A stretch of 64,000 nucleotides of DNA from Daphnia carinata (taxonomy: Eukaryota): contig NC_081332.1 in NCBI RefSeq assembly GCF_022539665.2, positions 1,488,001 through 1,552,000 of the forward strand. Direction: 5' to 3'. Position numbers and translations under genes: made by a program. Below, in pieces: positions 11,627 to 23,914 of the stretch. The notes under the pieces are model-generated. The model did not search any database. It was not told where the DNA came from and saw only the letters and a list, made by a program, of their open reading frames with translations. Within the stretch, counting starts at the first letter, position 1; every line of letters begins with the position of its first letter.

Positions 11627-14600
11627 TTACTCTGTGTGGTCGTTGAACAAATCTTTCAAATCGGCCAATGTAACGGGATTCTCTTTGACACTAATGGAAC
11701 TCTTTGACGTTAGCGCAGATCGGTGCTTATCCAACATCAGGGCCATTTTCTCTTCAATCGTATGTTTCACGAGGAATCTTTAAAGAAAATTCAGATTATT
11801 TTTAATGAACACCATTCATTTATTAATAATCGAAAAAATGGCAGTTAACCTGTGGACGACGGTGGGTTTAGTTTGTCCAATACGATGGACACGTCCGATC
11901 GCCTGGAGTTCGCTTCCGGGATTCAAAATGGGCTCCATGAGGAGGACATGGGTAGCTTCGATAAGATTGAGACCATTGGCGCCCGATTGGACTGGAATGA
12001 GTAGAACAGTGACAGTAGGATCACGTTTGAACCTATTCAGCTGCACTTGCGAATTGTTTGAAAATAAGGAACAATACGAAATATCATTTTCGTCTAACGC
12101 CCGGCCTACGATCAGCAACACGTCGACCCACTAAAGAAACAAAAGAAAAATTAATTCAACGAATTTATAAGGAAAGTATTTGACAATCTTTACGGTGGAA
12201 AAGACGAGGCATTTGGCGGAAGGATCGTCTTTCTTGATCAATAAAAGCTGCTGGACAACGGCTTGCACTTTGGTAGAATGGGAACCTTTGACTTGGACAG
12301 AAGCACGTGAAGGATTTTCGGATGCATCAGCTTGTGCGTCAACGTAAGCGATTTCGAATAGAGCCGTTGTATCACGACAAATAGCGCATTTCAATTTCTT
12401 CGTCCTGCAAAGTAAAACAACAAAATTAAATTCAGTTCCAGAGTTCCAGCAAATGTAAGGACTTACAGTTTGCTGTGACTTTGGCTAATGAGCAGCTGGA
12501 TGCAGTCCATGCAAAACGAGTGGCCACAAACGAGGACGCTCCATTTCTCACCCAACTGTGTTTGGCAAACCGGGCAAGGGTCGGGATTCTGATTGCCCGT
12601 CTTTCCAAAACCTGCCATTTCCAGATTCTTCAGGTACAAAACGTGTCCCTGTGCCGTTTCAATGCTTGGCCAGCCACCGTTAGATCCCCATTTAACTTGG
12701 CGTACTGGATGTCGACATCGTGCGGTTCCAGCAGATAAATGGGCATCACTTGGTTAGCATTCTTGTTGTCCAGCATTTGAACGGTGGGTTTCGGCTGCGG
12801 GAGTTCGTGTGGAAGCCGGAGGCGTAGTCGCAATGTAGCCATTGCTCAGCTCATCAACTGCCGAGGCCTGATCGTTCAACTGACGCCAAACGACGCGGAT
12901 TTGCCGGAATTCCTTTTTGCAAGCGTCCAGCAATTTCAGATGGACGGATCCACCATCTTGGACGGCTTGAGGAGCCGAATGCTTCCTCGCAAATTGAAGC
13001 ATGTGCTTGAGAATTCGCTCGGCTTCGCTATCGGCCCACGTGCCACGACGCAGCGCTTCCAGGACGGCCGGTCCGTCCTCATCGACGTTATCCCATTCGT
13101 CTTCCTGATTCTTCCGATCTGCCATGCGGAAGAGAAGCGATTCGTAATCTTCTATCTGATCGTGAACGATGCAAATAGGACAACGATCCTTCTTGCGACG
13201 GCCCTGCAACGGCCTCAAATGACAATCGGCCGCGTCTTGTGACAGACGTTCGATCGATGTCACTTCCAGCGAACGCATTTGCTGAGTGACTCCTTTGCGT
13301 TGCTCTTCCAATTCTTCCAATCTCGAAAACAACAAGAACTTCAACGCGTTGACACTGTTGAATCTAAAAGAAACAAGTTTTTAAGTTGAGTGTGCAATTT
13401 GAAAATTAACAAAACGAACCCGCTGAATTGGGACGTCATTTTGCTGTTATGAGCTTCGTCGGTTAATTTATCTTTCACTTCCTCCACCAGTTTGTCTGAT
13501 ATTTGCATATCGGCCGACCACTGGATCAATGCTGTCCACCATATTTCATCCATTTCCACTTGAATCACTTCCAGTTCGGTTTTGAAGCCGGTGACCTTCA
13601 GCGTCAGGGTGGCCAAGGTCGCACGCGCGCTCTCCACTTGGGCCAACGCCCGGCCAAGATAATGTTTTTTCAATTGATCGGCTTCCTCTTGCAGTTGGCC
13701 ATCACGTAGTGTGGGCGGAATGGCACCGGGAGAGGCCGTCCGAATGATTTCGGCCAAATTATGGAACGTGTGCAATCGCTGAAGCGTATCTGTCTTGACG
13801 GAATCTTTTATCTCTTCCGCCCACCTGGAAAATAGAAAAAATCTTTTAATATTATTATATTGTAAATCGGAATGACGAATTACCTTATGACGTCGCGGTA
13901 CTTTTCGGCCGCTTGGGCCCATTGTTCTTTAATGACGTGAAGAGCGGCCTGGCCGTTGGCCGCCGACACCCTCAATCTCTGGCTCTCTTCACATTCCAGC
14001 TGGGCACGTTTGATCAAAGTGACGAGCAGCTCTTCCATCGTCAGCGTCTTGGTCTGCGGCCGGAGCGTCAGGAACTGTCCGCGGACCATTTGCGGATGGA
14101 CGCAGGCCTGGCGGAGTCTCAGCAGAGGGAAGAGGAGGACTTTGAGAGTGTGCGGATCGAGGCTGCTTATTTTGGTTTTGAGATCTCCGCTGAATTTAAG
14201 GAATCGGATCGTTGCGTCCTGAGCACATTGGGCTTGTTGCTGTTGGTAAAAATGCTGTTCGACGGCAGAAAATGAGAGCCAATGGGTTTCTTCTGTTTGT
14301 TCTGGCAGCTGGATCTGCTCCGTCACTGCGCTTTTCCTGGTACGCCAGAAAATGGGCGCCAAAACATCAACGAGGCCAACTGGATCGAAAAGGACTCGCC
14401 GATCGACTTCAATGTCCAAAAACATGAAGAGGCCGTGAAGGTCTTGGACGGATTTCTGGATGGGAGTGCCCGTGACGCACCAGCGGTGGATTGTGCGGAA
14501 TTTGCGGGCCATTTCGGCCGCTCGGGTCGCCGAACCTTCGACCATCTGAGCTTCGTCGAGACAGAGACGCCAGAAACGGACAGAGAGGAGAGGCGACGGT

Positions 14601-15803
14601 GGGGCCATGTAAGTCGCCGCTTTGCGTCTGGTCCGTTTCTCGCCCGTCTTCACCTCGGCAAAGTAGAGCTCTTTACGGAGCGTTTCGTAAGTGGTGATGA
14701 TGACGTCGTAGCCTCGGGCCAATTGGACTGGCTGATGATAGCCCTGTCCGTGAACACCTTGATAAACGAGAATTCGAAAACGATCGCGAACGTGTCGTTT
14801 GATTTCTTCGACCCATTGGGTACAGATCGTTGATGGCGTGATGATTAAAGTGGCACAGGATTCAATGGGTTCCTGTTCAGCCCAGCATTGAGGACAAAGA
14901 TAGGGTCCGCGCAGAGGAGCCGTCAGATCATAATGGACGCAATTGCTGTGCTGCTGTGTCTTGCATTTCGGGCACTGGACCAATGGGTTAATTCCGGCTT
15001 CCGTTTTACCGCAAACGCAAAGAATTTTAGTAATATTGTCTTCGTTTACCGCATCTGAGCGTCTCTGTAGGCTCTTTAGACAGCTGAATTCTGCAAGAGC
15101 ATCGTTGTAATGGTTATTAAGCCTTTCGCGAATGGTTTGTTTAGGGCAAAGGCAGCATCGCATTTTTTTCCTTGTGACTTTTGGGTTTTCATTTTGTAGG
15201 TCACCGCAGTGAAGGTCAATCACTTTCTGGATTGTGGACTTTTCATTGTCGGGACTGAATCTCCAAATGACATTTTCAATTGTTTGGCCAATGGTTCGGT
15301 TTGCACATTTCGTACATTGATCTTCAATTTTCACTCTTTTGGCTTCAGACTGGGGAACTGTTTTTACATCAGTAAAGGGTTCTTGGTATTCAATATCTGG
15401 AAGCTTTTCTCTTGCATTATTTAGAATCAGGGCAAGTACTTCTACTGTCTTCCCAAGACCCATTTCATCAGCCAAGATTCCACCCTTCACACTACTATGA
15501 CGTTCCTGCTTCAGCATCCAGTTAACAGCTTTTGTTTGGTAGATTCTCAATTCTGGGACTAGTGACTCATGCTGGACGTCAGTAAGAGGAGCAGAGCGAT
15601 TTTCAAGTAGCTCACTTTTCAAGTTAACACGATCATACAAAGCGTCATAGTCCATAGCCTGCTCGATTGTCTCAGCAGTGGGCGTCATTTCAGCTTGTGG
15701 AGAACACCCGACGCCTTCAGAATTTTCTATGAAAAACATGAAAAATTGTTAACGTTGATTTATCAACAAAGTTGGATGTAAAGGTATTACCGGTGGAGTC
15801 CAT
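11627..15803 (-). CDS. SHPRH: E3 ubiquitin ligase/SNF2 helicase SHPRH (SNF2 ATPase, PHD, RING, helicase C); two single-base indels at ~12843 and ~12650
   Basis: GGILADEMGLGKTVE, PHD (CVCG...VQCPKC...QHSNC...YLCPQC), WRLCLDEAQMVE, RWCVTGTPIQ, LLRLRQACVHPQ, RING (CPVC...VCGHSFCMDC...CAICR), GANGLNLIEATHV, ELQAIGRVHRIGQT. The start is inferred from a phase-compatible mini-exon MDST at 15803-15791 and is uncertain. Confidence 0.93.
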
Positions 15804-16956
15804 CCTGTGTTTTGAATCGCGTTGTAAACACACTTTCGTTTCATTAGAAAGTCGTCTGCTTGTGCTGTATAATGGGAAATTTCACCGCGAGATGGCGAAC
15901 CTGTTTGAAGTAAAAAAAAAAAAAAACTACTTTTATATCTATAAATCTGACTTATTCTTCTTATTACGTTTTCTATTGCCTCCCCCGAGCACAAGCAATA
16001 ATACTGTGCACGCAATAAAAGAAATGCACTATCGTCTTGCGGCCAAATGTCGTTAAAAGAACGTGAAATACACTTCACGTATACGGGCGAAGTGGTTGTA
16101 GAATTGTGTTTTATTGAGCAGCATATCGAATGTCGTTTTCCGGTCGTGATAGTTGTGTATCTGTACAGGCCAGACTGCAGTCATAAAAATGCATTTACGA
16201 CTCGAATGAAAGACGAAAAATCGAGAAACAAATAAATGTACAAACTGGTATAAATTTCAAAATTCGAAAAAAGAAAAGAAGACGCAACTGCGTGAATAGT
16301 TGTACGACATAGAAACACAAACATTCCTAAAACGATTTATTATCGCGTTCATTACGAGTTTCTCTCTCTCTCTCTTTCTTTAATCTTTAAATAAAATAAA
16401 CGCCTTGAAGCGCATTCTTCGTCTCTTTTGTCCAGAAGCAGCCGGGGGTATGGATCTACACATGAAAAACTCGCATTCTTTTCATGATATTGTCGGGCCT
16501 TGGGGCCGGCCATTTTCATTTTAAGTGCTTTCACGCGTTTGTTTGGAGAAAACGTCGATGAAGAGAAGGAGCGGCTCCATATGCGTTTACCTAGCTCATT
16601 ATAACGTCGGACATTCTTATATTTTTGTTCGCCTCCTCATGTGAGCAAACAGACATTTCTACGGGACGCTGAGAAATTGTTGGCCGTTGTAATCACGCAA
16701 GAAAATAAAGCCCCTCAAAATAAAATAAAAAAGAATTTCTAATAAGCTAAAGTTATGACAAGCCACGTCAACAGCGTTAAAAGCTAACCAGGATCTCAAT
16801 CATTATCAGCAAAAAAAAAAGTAATCAATAAATAAATATTTCTTTTCTTGGCCGACCAATAACAAAAGGAAAAATGTTAATCATAAAAACGAGAAAATCG
16901 GTAGGATGGCTGTATACAAGCCTTAAGGTAAAAAGGTGCGGTCGGTCTTGAATCTC

Positions 16957-17208
16957 TCAAGGTTGGAAGATGCTTGGCAGCAGACGAAATTTCAAGGTGA
17001 AATGTCGGTTGAAATCTATTAAGTCACATCAAGCATTTGCGCTATGAAGCTCTGCGGCAAGATAAAGGGGGGGGGGCGCTCCCGATTTTTCAAGGTAATG
17101 GCAACAAAGACTCGTTTTAGGGTGGAGTCGTTCAAAAGCAGGATTGCGGAAGGACGCTGCACTCCTCCACGTGCAAAATCGAGTATTCTACAGCCGTATA
17201 TAAAGAGC
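16957..17208 (+). promoter_or_regulatory. TATA promoter with three TCAAGGT (FTZ-F1/NR5A-like) sites upstream of the cuticle-type gene
   Basis: TCAAGGTTG 16957, TCAAGGTGA 16992, TCAAGGTAA 17090; TATATAAAGAGC 17197-17208, 90 nt before the ATG. Confidence 0.5.
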
Positions 17209-17286
17209 CTTTGATGCTCTAGTTGAATCACGCCAGTCCACTACCATCGACAATTGCTCACAGTTCTCCATCCCCGACCGATCAAA

Positions 17287-17663
17287 ATGTACAAGGTATT
17301 TAAACCCACGCAATTTGGATATTAAAAAAAAAATCCCGCCAAGTATTTTCAAAAAAAGGTAAACATCCGCCTATTTGTTTCCGTTCATTTCCAAAGGTAT
17401 TCGTTTTCCTGGCCATCGTTGCTGCTGCCAGCGCCATGAGTTTCGGTTTGGGAGCTCCTCTCCTCTCCAAAGTCAACTACCAGCCGACTGAGTACACTCA
17501 CGTCAGACCAGAGGTGACTGTTCAGCAACCCGAATACAAATACAAGAGCTATCCAGTGCCCGTGCCCGTTGCCCAGCCATATTACACTGCCCCAGTCAAG
17601 CGCGATTTCATCGTTGCTCCCCAATTCGCTTACCCCGGGTTCGCAGCTCCATTTGTTTATTAA
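17287..17663 (+). CDS. Small secreted Pro/Tyr/Val-rich protein (cuticle/eggshell-type), 91 aa; exons 17287-17295 and 17397-17663
   Basis: ATG TAC AAG|GT micro-exon spliced to VFVFLAIVAAASA (signal peptide), then ...YKYKSYPVPVPVAQPYYTAP...FAYPGFAAPFVY. TATA upstream and AATAAA downstream (~17748). Confidence 0.8.
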
Positions 17664-20541
17664 CATTTTCAACATGTCCCTCTGAAATTTGTTTTATCAA
17701 CGTGCGCACGAATCAAAACGTAATTTGGAACCATGTCTTTTTAATCAATAAAAATAAATTTTTAAAAAGAATTAAATTCCCAACTGTCGATTAATGTCTT
17801 TCAAAGAGTTATGTAGACGCACTAAAAAAAAAAAAGGTAATTAAATGGAATTGACGATATTCGAAGAGGGGGGAATAAAAAGGTTAGGGCATTCGATCGT
17901 CGTTCGTTAGTCTGTAATTGTGGCGAGCAAGGTTTTGCTTTTAAATGGCAAGAAGCAGCTGACAAGAAGATAAATTGTAGGTATAATCAAGCGAATTTTT
18001 TATTGCGATCGCGTCCAGAATTCCTCGCAGGTGTGAATCTGAAATGCCCCAGCAGTTCAGACTTGAAAGGCTAGATGGTGTTCTTTTTTCTTTTTGCATC
18101 GTAAAGTGGACCGAGATCAAAGACCGCGAGTGTTAAACACGTCGGTGGGGAAAAATAGAAAATAGTAGAACAAGGTTTCGCTTCATTAAACGCAGACGCT
18201 GCGGTAGAACGAGCTGAGATTAAAACAGGTGGACATTTGCGATCTAAAAATAGCAGGGAAATTCCAAAAGGCTGACTAATAAAATCATGAATATTGTTGC
18301 GGTTAAGAGATTTATCATAGGACATTTTTTTTTTTTAGAAACCCAATTATTATTAAGATGGGAGAAAACGGTTTGGATTCGAGTCAAGATTATTTGATTG
18401 GCTAACTGTATCGCATTTTTTTTTTATTTAGAAAAAAAAAAGGGTTCGAATGACGCCTTGCGTGTGGCAACCGAAAACCGCATCCGATTGCAGTGGTAGT
18501 CTAAACACGTGAATTTCCATCTTTTTTTTCCGCGTGCACTTGACTGTTGCACCGTTATCAACAGCGTTCGGGTAACCAGATATCTTTTTGAAATTTTCAA
18601 ATCAAGAAATAAAAAATGATGTGGTTATTCAATCAAGTGGCCTTTTCTGTTGTGAGATGGGGGGATCTCTATTGCCATATGTGGAGCGAATTGATTCATC
18701 TGGCAAGTGTCGCCATCAGACGTCCAATTCAACACTTTGACGACATTTGGTCACGTTTCCCATGTAAGGAAATGTGTCGCATATTACAGTTATGAATCAC
18801 GACAATTCGAATCAAGGGCAAAACATAAATGTCTCATTTCTATTATTGATATCTTTACGAAGCGGATTCTTCGCATTCTGGGGCAAGGATAAACACGGCG
18901 CTTTTTTAATGTTTCGCTGATCGAACAAAGCAGATTTAAAGATTACTTCGCATGCACATTTGCGAGTTACTCATTCACGCTGTTCAACATGCATATTATC
19001 TAATTTTCAAAAAATGCGGCGAATGATAAGAGAACTAAACAGTTCACTCATAGCCAAGGCTATTAAAATTTAAATAGTCCCTCCCTTTTTTCTCAAACTT
19101 CAAGTGGCGGTAATTTCGGAACAACAAACGCGGATATGCGAAATTCACGCTGTAAAACTGTGCCACTCCCAAGCGCTGCCCTACTAATAAAGTGTTACAT
19201 TAGGAACCCCAGAAATTAAAAAACGCAAAAAAAAAAACTCGAAAAAAAACGAGTAATTGACTTTTAAATGTCAAATATGGCACACAGTTCAATGCTTTTT
19301 CGGCGAAACGCAAAATGATAAACTAGCAGAACATTTCGCTCAAGGTAAAAACGACCTGTGTTTTTATCAGAAACGCTATGAAAACGGCAAGGACGGCTCC
19401 CAATTATAGCACAATATGCAAAAATGCATGCGAATTGAGAAGAAAAAAAGGTAGCATATCATTCATCTTTTCTTTTCCTATTTTCGACAAGCAGATATGG
19501 AAATCTGTTACGCTCCCGTTGTGATGCAAATTCCTGCCTGTTATCAACAATGCGGAACACACGAAAAATATGCCATGTCTTTTTTAAGGCTTTCCCATCA
19601 TGTCGATAGATCTTTAATGTCCACCAAAATCGGTGCGTGCGGGAAATTACTGTGGGAGGGGCAATTCCATTAAAAATTCGACAGTAAATCATTTCGATTT
19701 TCGAAAATGCGAATCGTTCGCACAAAAAAAAAAGAAGCAGATACTGGTTCTACGCAACAAGATCATTTCTTTTTCATGTAATCCATCATATTGTTTTTCC
19801 CACTTGCGGTTTAATTTCTTAATCAAAGCGCACGCATTCTTTTTACGAAAAAAAAGAGGGTTGATAATATGTAAATGGCTAGTTACGTAAACACGATTTC
19901 AGTTTATGTACTAACTGAAAGATAAAAAAAAAAGTCTATTAAAGAAATCAATTGGGTTCTTTAGTGCTCGATGGCGCCCAATCGGCGCAATGCGAGAAAA
20001 GAACGAGATAATGGAGGGTTTAAACCTTCGCATTTTTGAAAAGAAAAAATAGTTGAACTTCCTGACTCCCAATTCAATTCCCCTTCATGTCACACTGCCT
20101 CTTCGAACGGAAACTTTCAAAATAATTCTTCGAAAAAAAACAAAATGAAAAGATTTGAAATGGATTGGGCTCAAACTCCATTGGCCACGATGCCTCCGTG
20201 TTTACCCTTATGGCATTCAACGTTAATCAACAACAACAAAAAAAGAGAACAGTCTAGTTCGGGATATTTCAAGGTTGATGACGTTTTATCGCGGGACAAG
20301 AATGCTCGAAATCAATGCAAACCCAACAGCGAAAAAAAAGGGGACGGAGAGATATGAACATTTGATAGGGCGGAGTTTTCACGGTCACCATTGTTTTTCT
20401 TAGCTCGCAAAACACGGGGCAATGTGAAAGTGTTTGCTCTCATTGCGAATTGTCGTGCGGGTATAAAAGAGCTGCAGTAGAATGATCCAATCAATACCAT
20501 ACCAGCGCTCCAGCCCAATTTTTTAAACCCGCTCTATTAAC

Positions 20542-20792
20542 ATGTACAAGGTATGTGCCTTACTGCAAACGAAATCATGTTGAAAAATGGACACTAACCT
20601 TATTTGTTTTTGTTTTTTGGATGGAAGAATCTCGAAAGTGGTGACAGGGAGACTTTTGGATTAGAAACAGGATCTCGGCCGGCCATCATCAGCAGCCAAC
20701 GTCAGGTGCTTTACCGTGGGACATTCCGCCAGGAAGTTAAATCGATTCCGCAGAGACTGGTCTCAATCTGGAACAAATACAGATCAATTTGA
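20542..20792 (+). CDS. Possible short ORF (~57 aa) starting with a second MYK micro-exon; may be a degenerate paralogue
   Basis: TATAAAAGAGC 20462-20472; ATGTACAAG|GTATGT at 20542; T-rich intron with AG at ~20627 leading in frame into NLESGDRETF...KYRSI*. Confidence 0.3.
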
Positions 20793-21708
20793 GTGTTAAA
20801 ATAACGGAACAATTATCAACCAGCATCTCTCCAAAATAATGTTTTAACACGATCCTCTCGGCAAAGTTCTCATTTCTGTTGGTGTCACATAATTAACAGC
20901 TCTTTGACGGTTTACATTTCTCGATCCGTAAAAATTGCTGATCGTTAGTTTATGTAATAATGAACGTCAAATGCTGGCCCATCTTCGCTTCGAAAGATCT
21001 ACGAAAATTCTAAAAATGTCTTGCTCGTCCAGTTGAGAGCTTTTGTTTTGTTTCTATCGAACTTTTTCTTCACGCTCTGTAAAATAAAAATACTTGCAAT
21101 CATAATCTTCTACATGTCTACGTATTGTCGGGATTAAATATAAGCTTAAGGAAATTGCAATCGCGTTTGTCTTGACCCAAACCAAGACGAGTATCGTTTC
21201 CTAAGGTCAATTCGGTTACATGATGATTAAAATTCATTTAACGTTAAAGAACAACAGCGATGGATGGCTGTGAATGTAGGAGAGGACTTGACCGGGATAG
21301 GGGTACCATGTTGTTACGATGACAGTTCGAATTTGGGTACAAGTAGATTCAAGGCTGGAAATTATGAGAAATGGGAGGCAGACAAAAACGGGTAAGTTAA
21401 GAACTGGTTTATGTTGTTTTTCGTTATTGTTGGGCCGGGTTTTCATGGACGCAAAAGAGGCAAGGCCGCGCGTACGCCTCACAAATGTTCATAAATCCCC
21501 CCCCCCCTCCCAACTGGTGCTGTAAATTTCCGTCAGTAGAAATACAGCGGAGAATGATTTTTACGTAGCAAAAACTCGTTCTCGTTTTACTTTCGAGTTT
21601 TTTTTAGCTGTGTAAAAAGTGCTGAAGGTGAAACCAACAGTGTAACTCTAACTTTCCCAAACTATATATAGAGATTTATATGTGAAAGGACTATGCTTCA
21701 ATTCGCTG

Positions 21709-21841
21709 AAACTACCTGACATCCCAAGTTGTTCCTCTCTCTTGGGAAATCTTTGAACAAGATCTGCAACACACCACAGCTAGAATGTAATAGCCATTGT
21801 GGTGTGAATTTTGATTCGTCAGCCAGATAAAGCATGCTGAC
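21709..21841 (+). ncRNA. Candidate structured small RNA: three hairpins, Sm-like site, terminal hairpin
   Basis: Stems TCCCAAG/CTTGGGA, ATCTT/AAGAT, CACACCACA-GCTA/TAGC-TGTGGTGTG; AATTTTGA at 21807-21814; GTCAGC/GCTGAC 21818-21841. Confidence 0.3.
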
Positions 21842-23914
21842 TGATAACACAATGCTGACTCTGCTCAATAAAAGGACAATGATTTTAGCCTTCACTAATT
21901 ATTTGTAATTTTTTTTTTACCTGTTTGTTCTTGGCCTCTATGCTACTGTGTAGCTTTTCTTGGAAAATTCACTATTTGTTCACCACGTGCCAGTAGACTA
22001 AAGGCCAAAGTTTAACGTATCGAGACAATCTACTCCTAATCGTTCCACTGAAATGGATATGAAAGTAAAAACTTGTTTACTCTACAACTGAGACTGTAAA
22101 ACTTTCATTAAGTAATCGAATTTTGGCATCAACAAACGTAATCTGTCGACTCATCTTTCATCGAAATGGCGCGTCTTTCACCGCCTGATTTTTTTTGTAA
22201 GAGATAATGGTCGTCTGCTACGGTAGGTTGCATGCACGTTTAATGGCGCCTAGTTGTAATTTTTTTTCTTTAAATATTTCCATAATTAAGAAAAAATAGA
22301 AACAAACAAACTATAAAATCACGAACAAAGAGTGTGGTAGTGATACATCCGGTTTTATAAAGGGCGGAACTGTAAATTTTTTATGACTTACATCAGTGAT
22401 CAAGATACCCTGGCTGTTGTGGACTTTGACCGCCCATTTCTTTTTCTCAACTGTTTTGGTTCAAAACACGTTCTAAAACAAAAACAGTGCCAAGACCATT
22501 TACCACTAATACTCGAAAACACTAGACGACCTTGATTCTCGTGAAAAATCGTGCTATTTTAGCCACTCGGGCATGTGCACCCGGATGCCATGACTTTCAA
22601 CAAGATGGCCGATGCCAATCACCACGTATTTATAAACAAGATCACAGTGAATTATTATTTTTTTTTTTTGTATTATTTGTTTTCGTTTTATTCATTTACT
22701 GGGCCTTTAAAAAAAAAGACAATGAAAACAAACAAAAAAAAAAGCCATGAAAAATACGAAGATGGAAAAAGTTTTGGGAACAAAAACAATGAAGAGGCAA
22801 AAGAAAATGGAGGAAAAGAGATGCAAAAAAAGATGGAAGATGCGAGAGAACGTCAACAGCCATTCATCAGATTTGTTTACTTTCTTTTTGTTTTCAACGG
22901 AATGCAGGCCATTATCAACATGGAGGAAGAATGAACACGTTACGTTATTACAACGATCCAGCACAATTCCCGTTACCAAAACAACTTCTTTTTTTAGATG
23001 CCGGAAATTCGATTCGTAAATAACAAATTAACTTTTTTTTTCGTTTTACTTTTCATCCCCAGATATTCAATTTCCCGAAGTATTTAAAAAATAAAAACTG
23101 TAAGAAAATGAAACTTATAAGGCAGGGGGGGAAAAAGATACGATTTAAGTAAGCCACTTTTGCAATGTTTTCGATTTTTTTTGTTTTTGGAAGGCAATTG
23201 TTGCATTCGTCCAGGCACAACATGACAGACTTTTAGAATAAAGGCTTCTTTTTTTCTAGAGGAAAAAAAAGGTAAAGAAAAGGGAAACAAAAGGTCTAGC
23301 AAGGGGAAATATGACGAGGGATTATAAACAATAGCAAAGATAACAAATGATGGATTGTGTGTGTATGTGTAGGGGAGGTGAGACAATAGAGATAAAGACC
23401 AAAAAGAGATTGAAAAAAAAAAAATTCACATCATTATTGATTGGTTTAAGGCATAATATAATATGTTCACACCAGTTCGAATGTGTAACTTAACGTCCTT
23501 CTCCTTTTTATCTCTTCTCCAGTGTGATTTAATTCTTTTTTTGCAGGGAGGGCTAGCGCTGGCACCCAGAGCATTTTCGAAGAAAAAAAAGGCCGTTTTT
23601 TTATGTAAACAAAACTACATGGAAGCTTTTTTTCTCCAGAAAAAAATCAATTGTCTCCCCGTTTAGAAATTTTTTTTTTGACCCCCCCCCCCCCTTGTCT
23701 AGTCCCATCCGTTTGCGCCGGGATGAATTTATGAAGAAGAGGCACATCTCTTCTCAAAACCCGGGGAGGAGCAGAAGAAAAATAAAGGCGTGGAAATAAG
23801 AAAACAAATAAACAAACCCACAAAGAAAAAAAAATAAAACGTTCAACAACAAGACGAGACAAAACACAAACGGCCTGTGGTGTGTGTGGCGTGCCGTTTT
23901 CAGTTGAAAGAGTT

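Noticed and set aside
12784..14833. Long plus-strand ORFs opposite SHPRH
   Set aside because: Antisense shadows of GC-rich coding exons.
22300..23900. Lys/Phe-rich ORFs of 70-120 aa
   Set aside because: Products of A/T homopolymer-rich sequence in the probable moesin 3' UTR.
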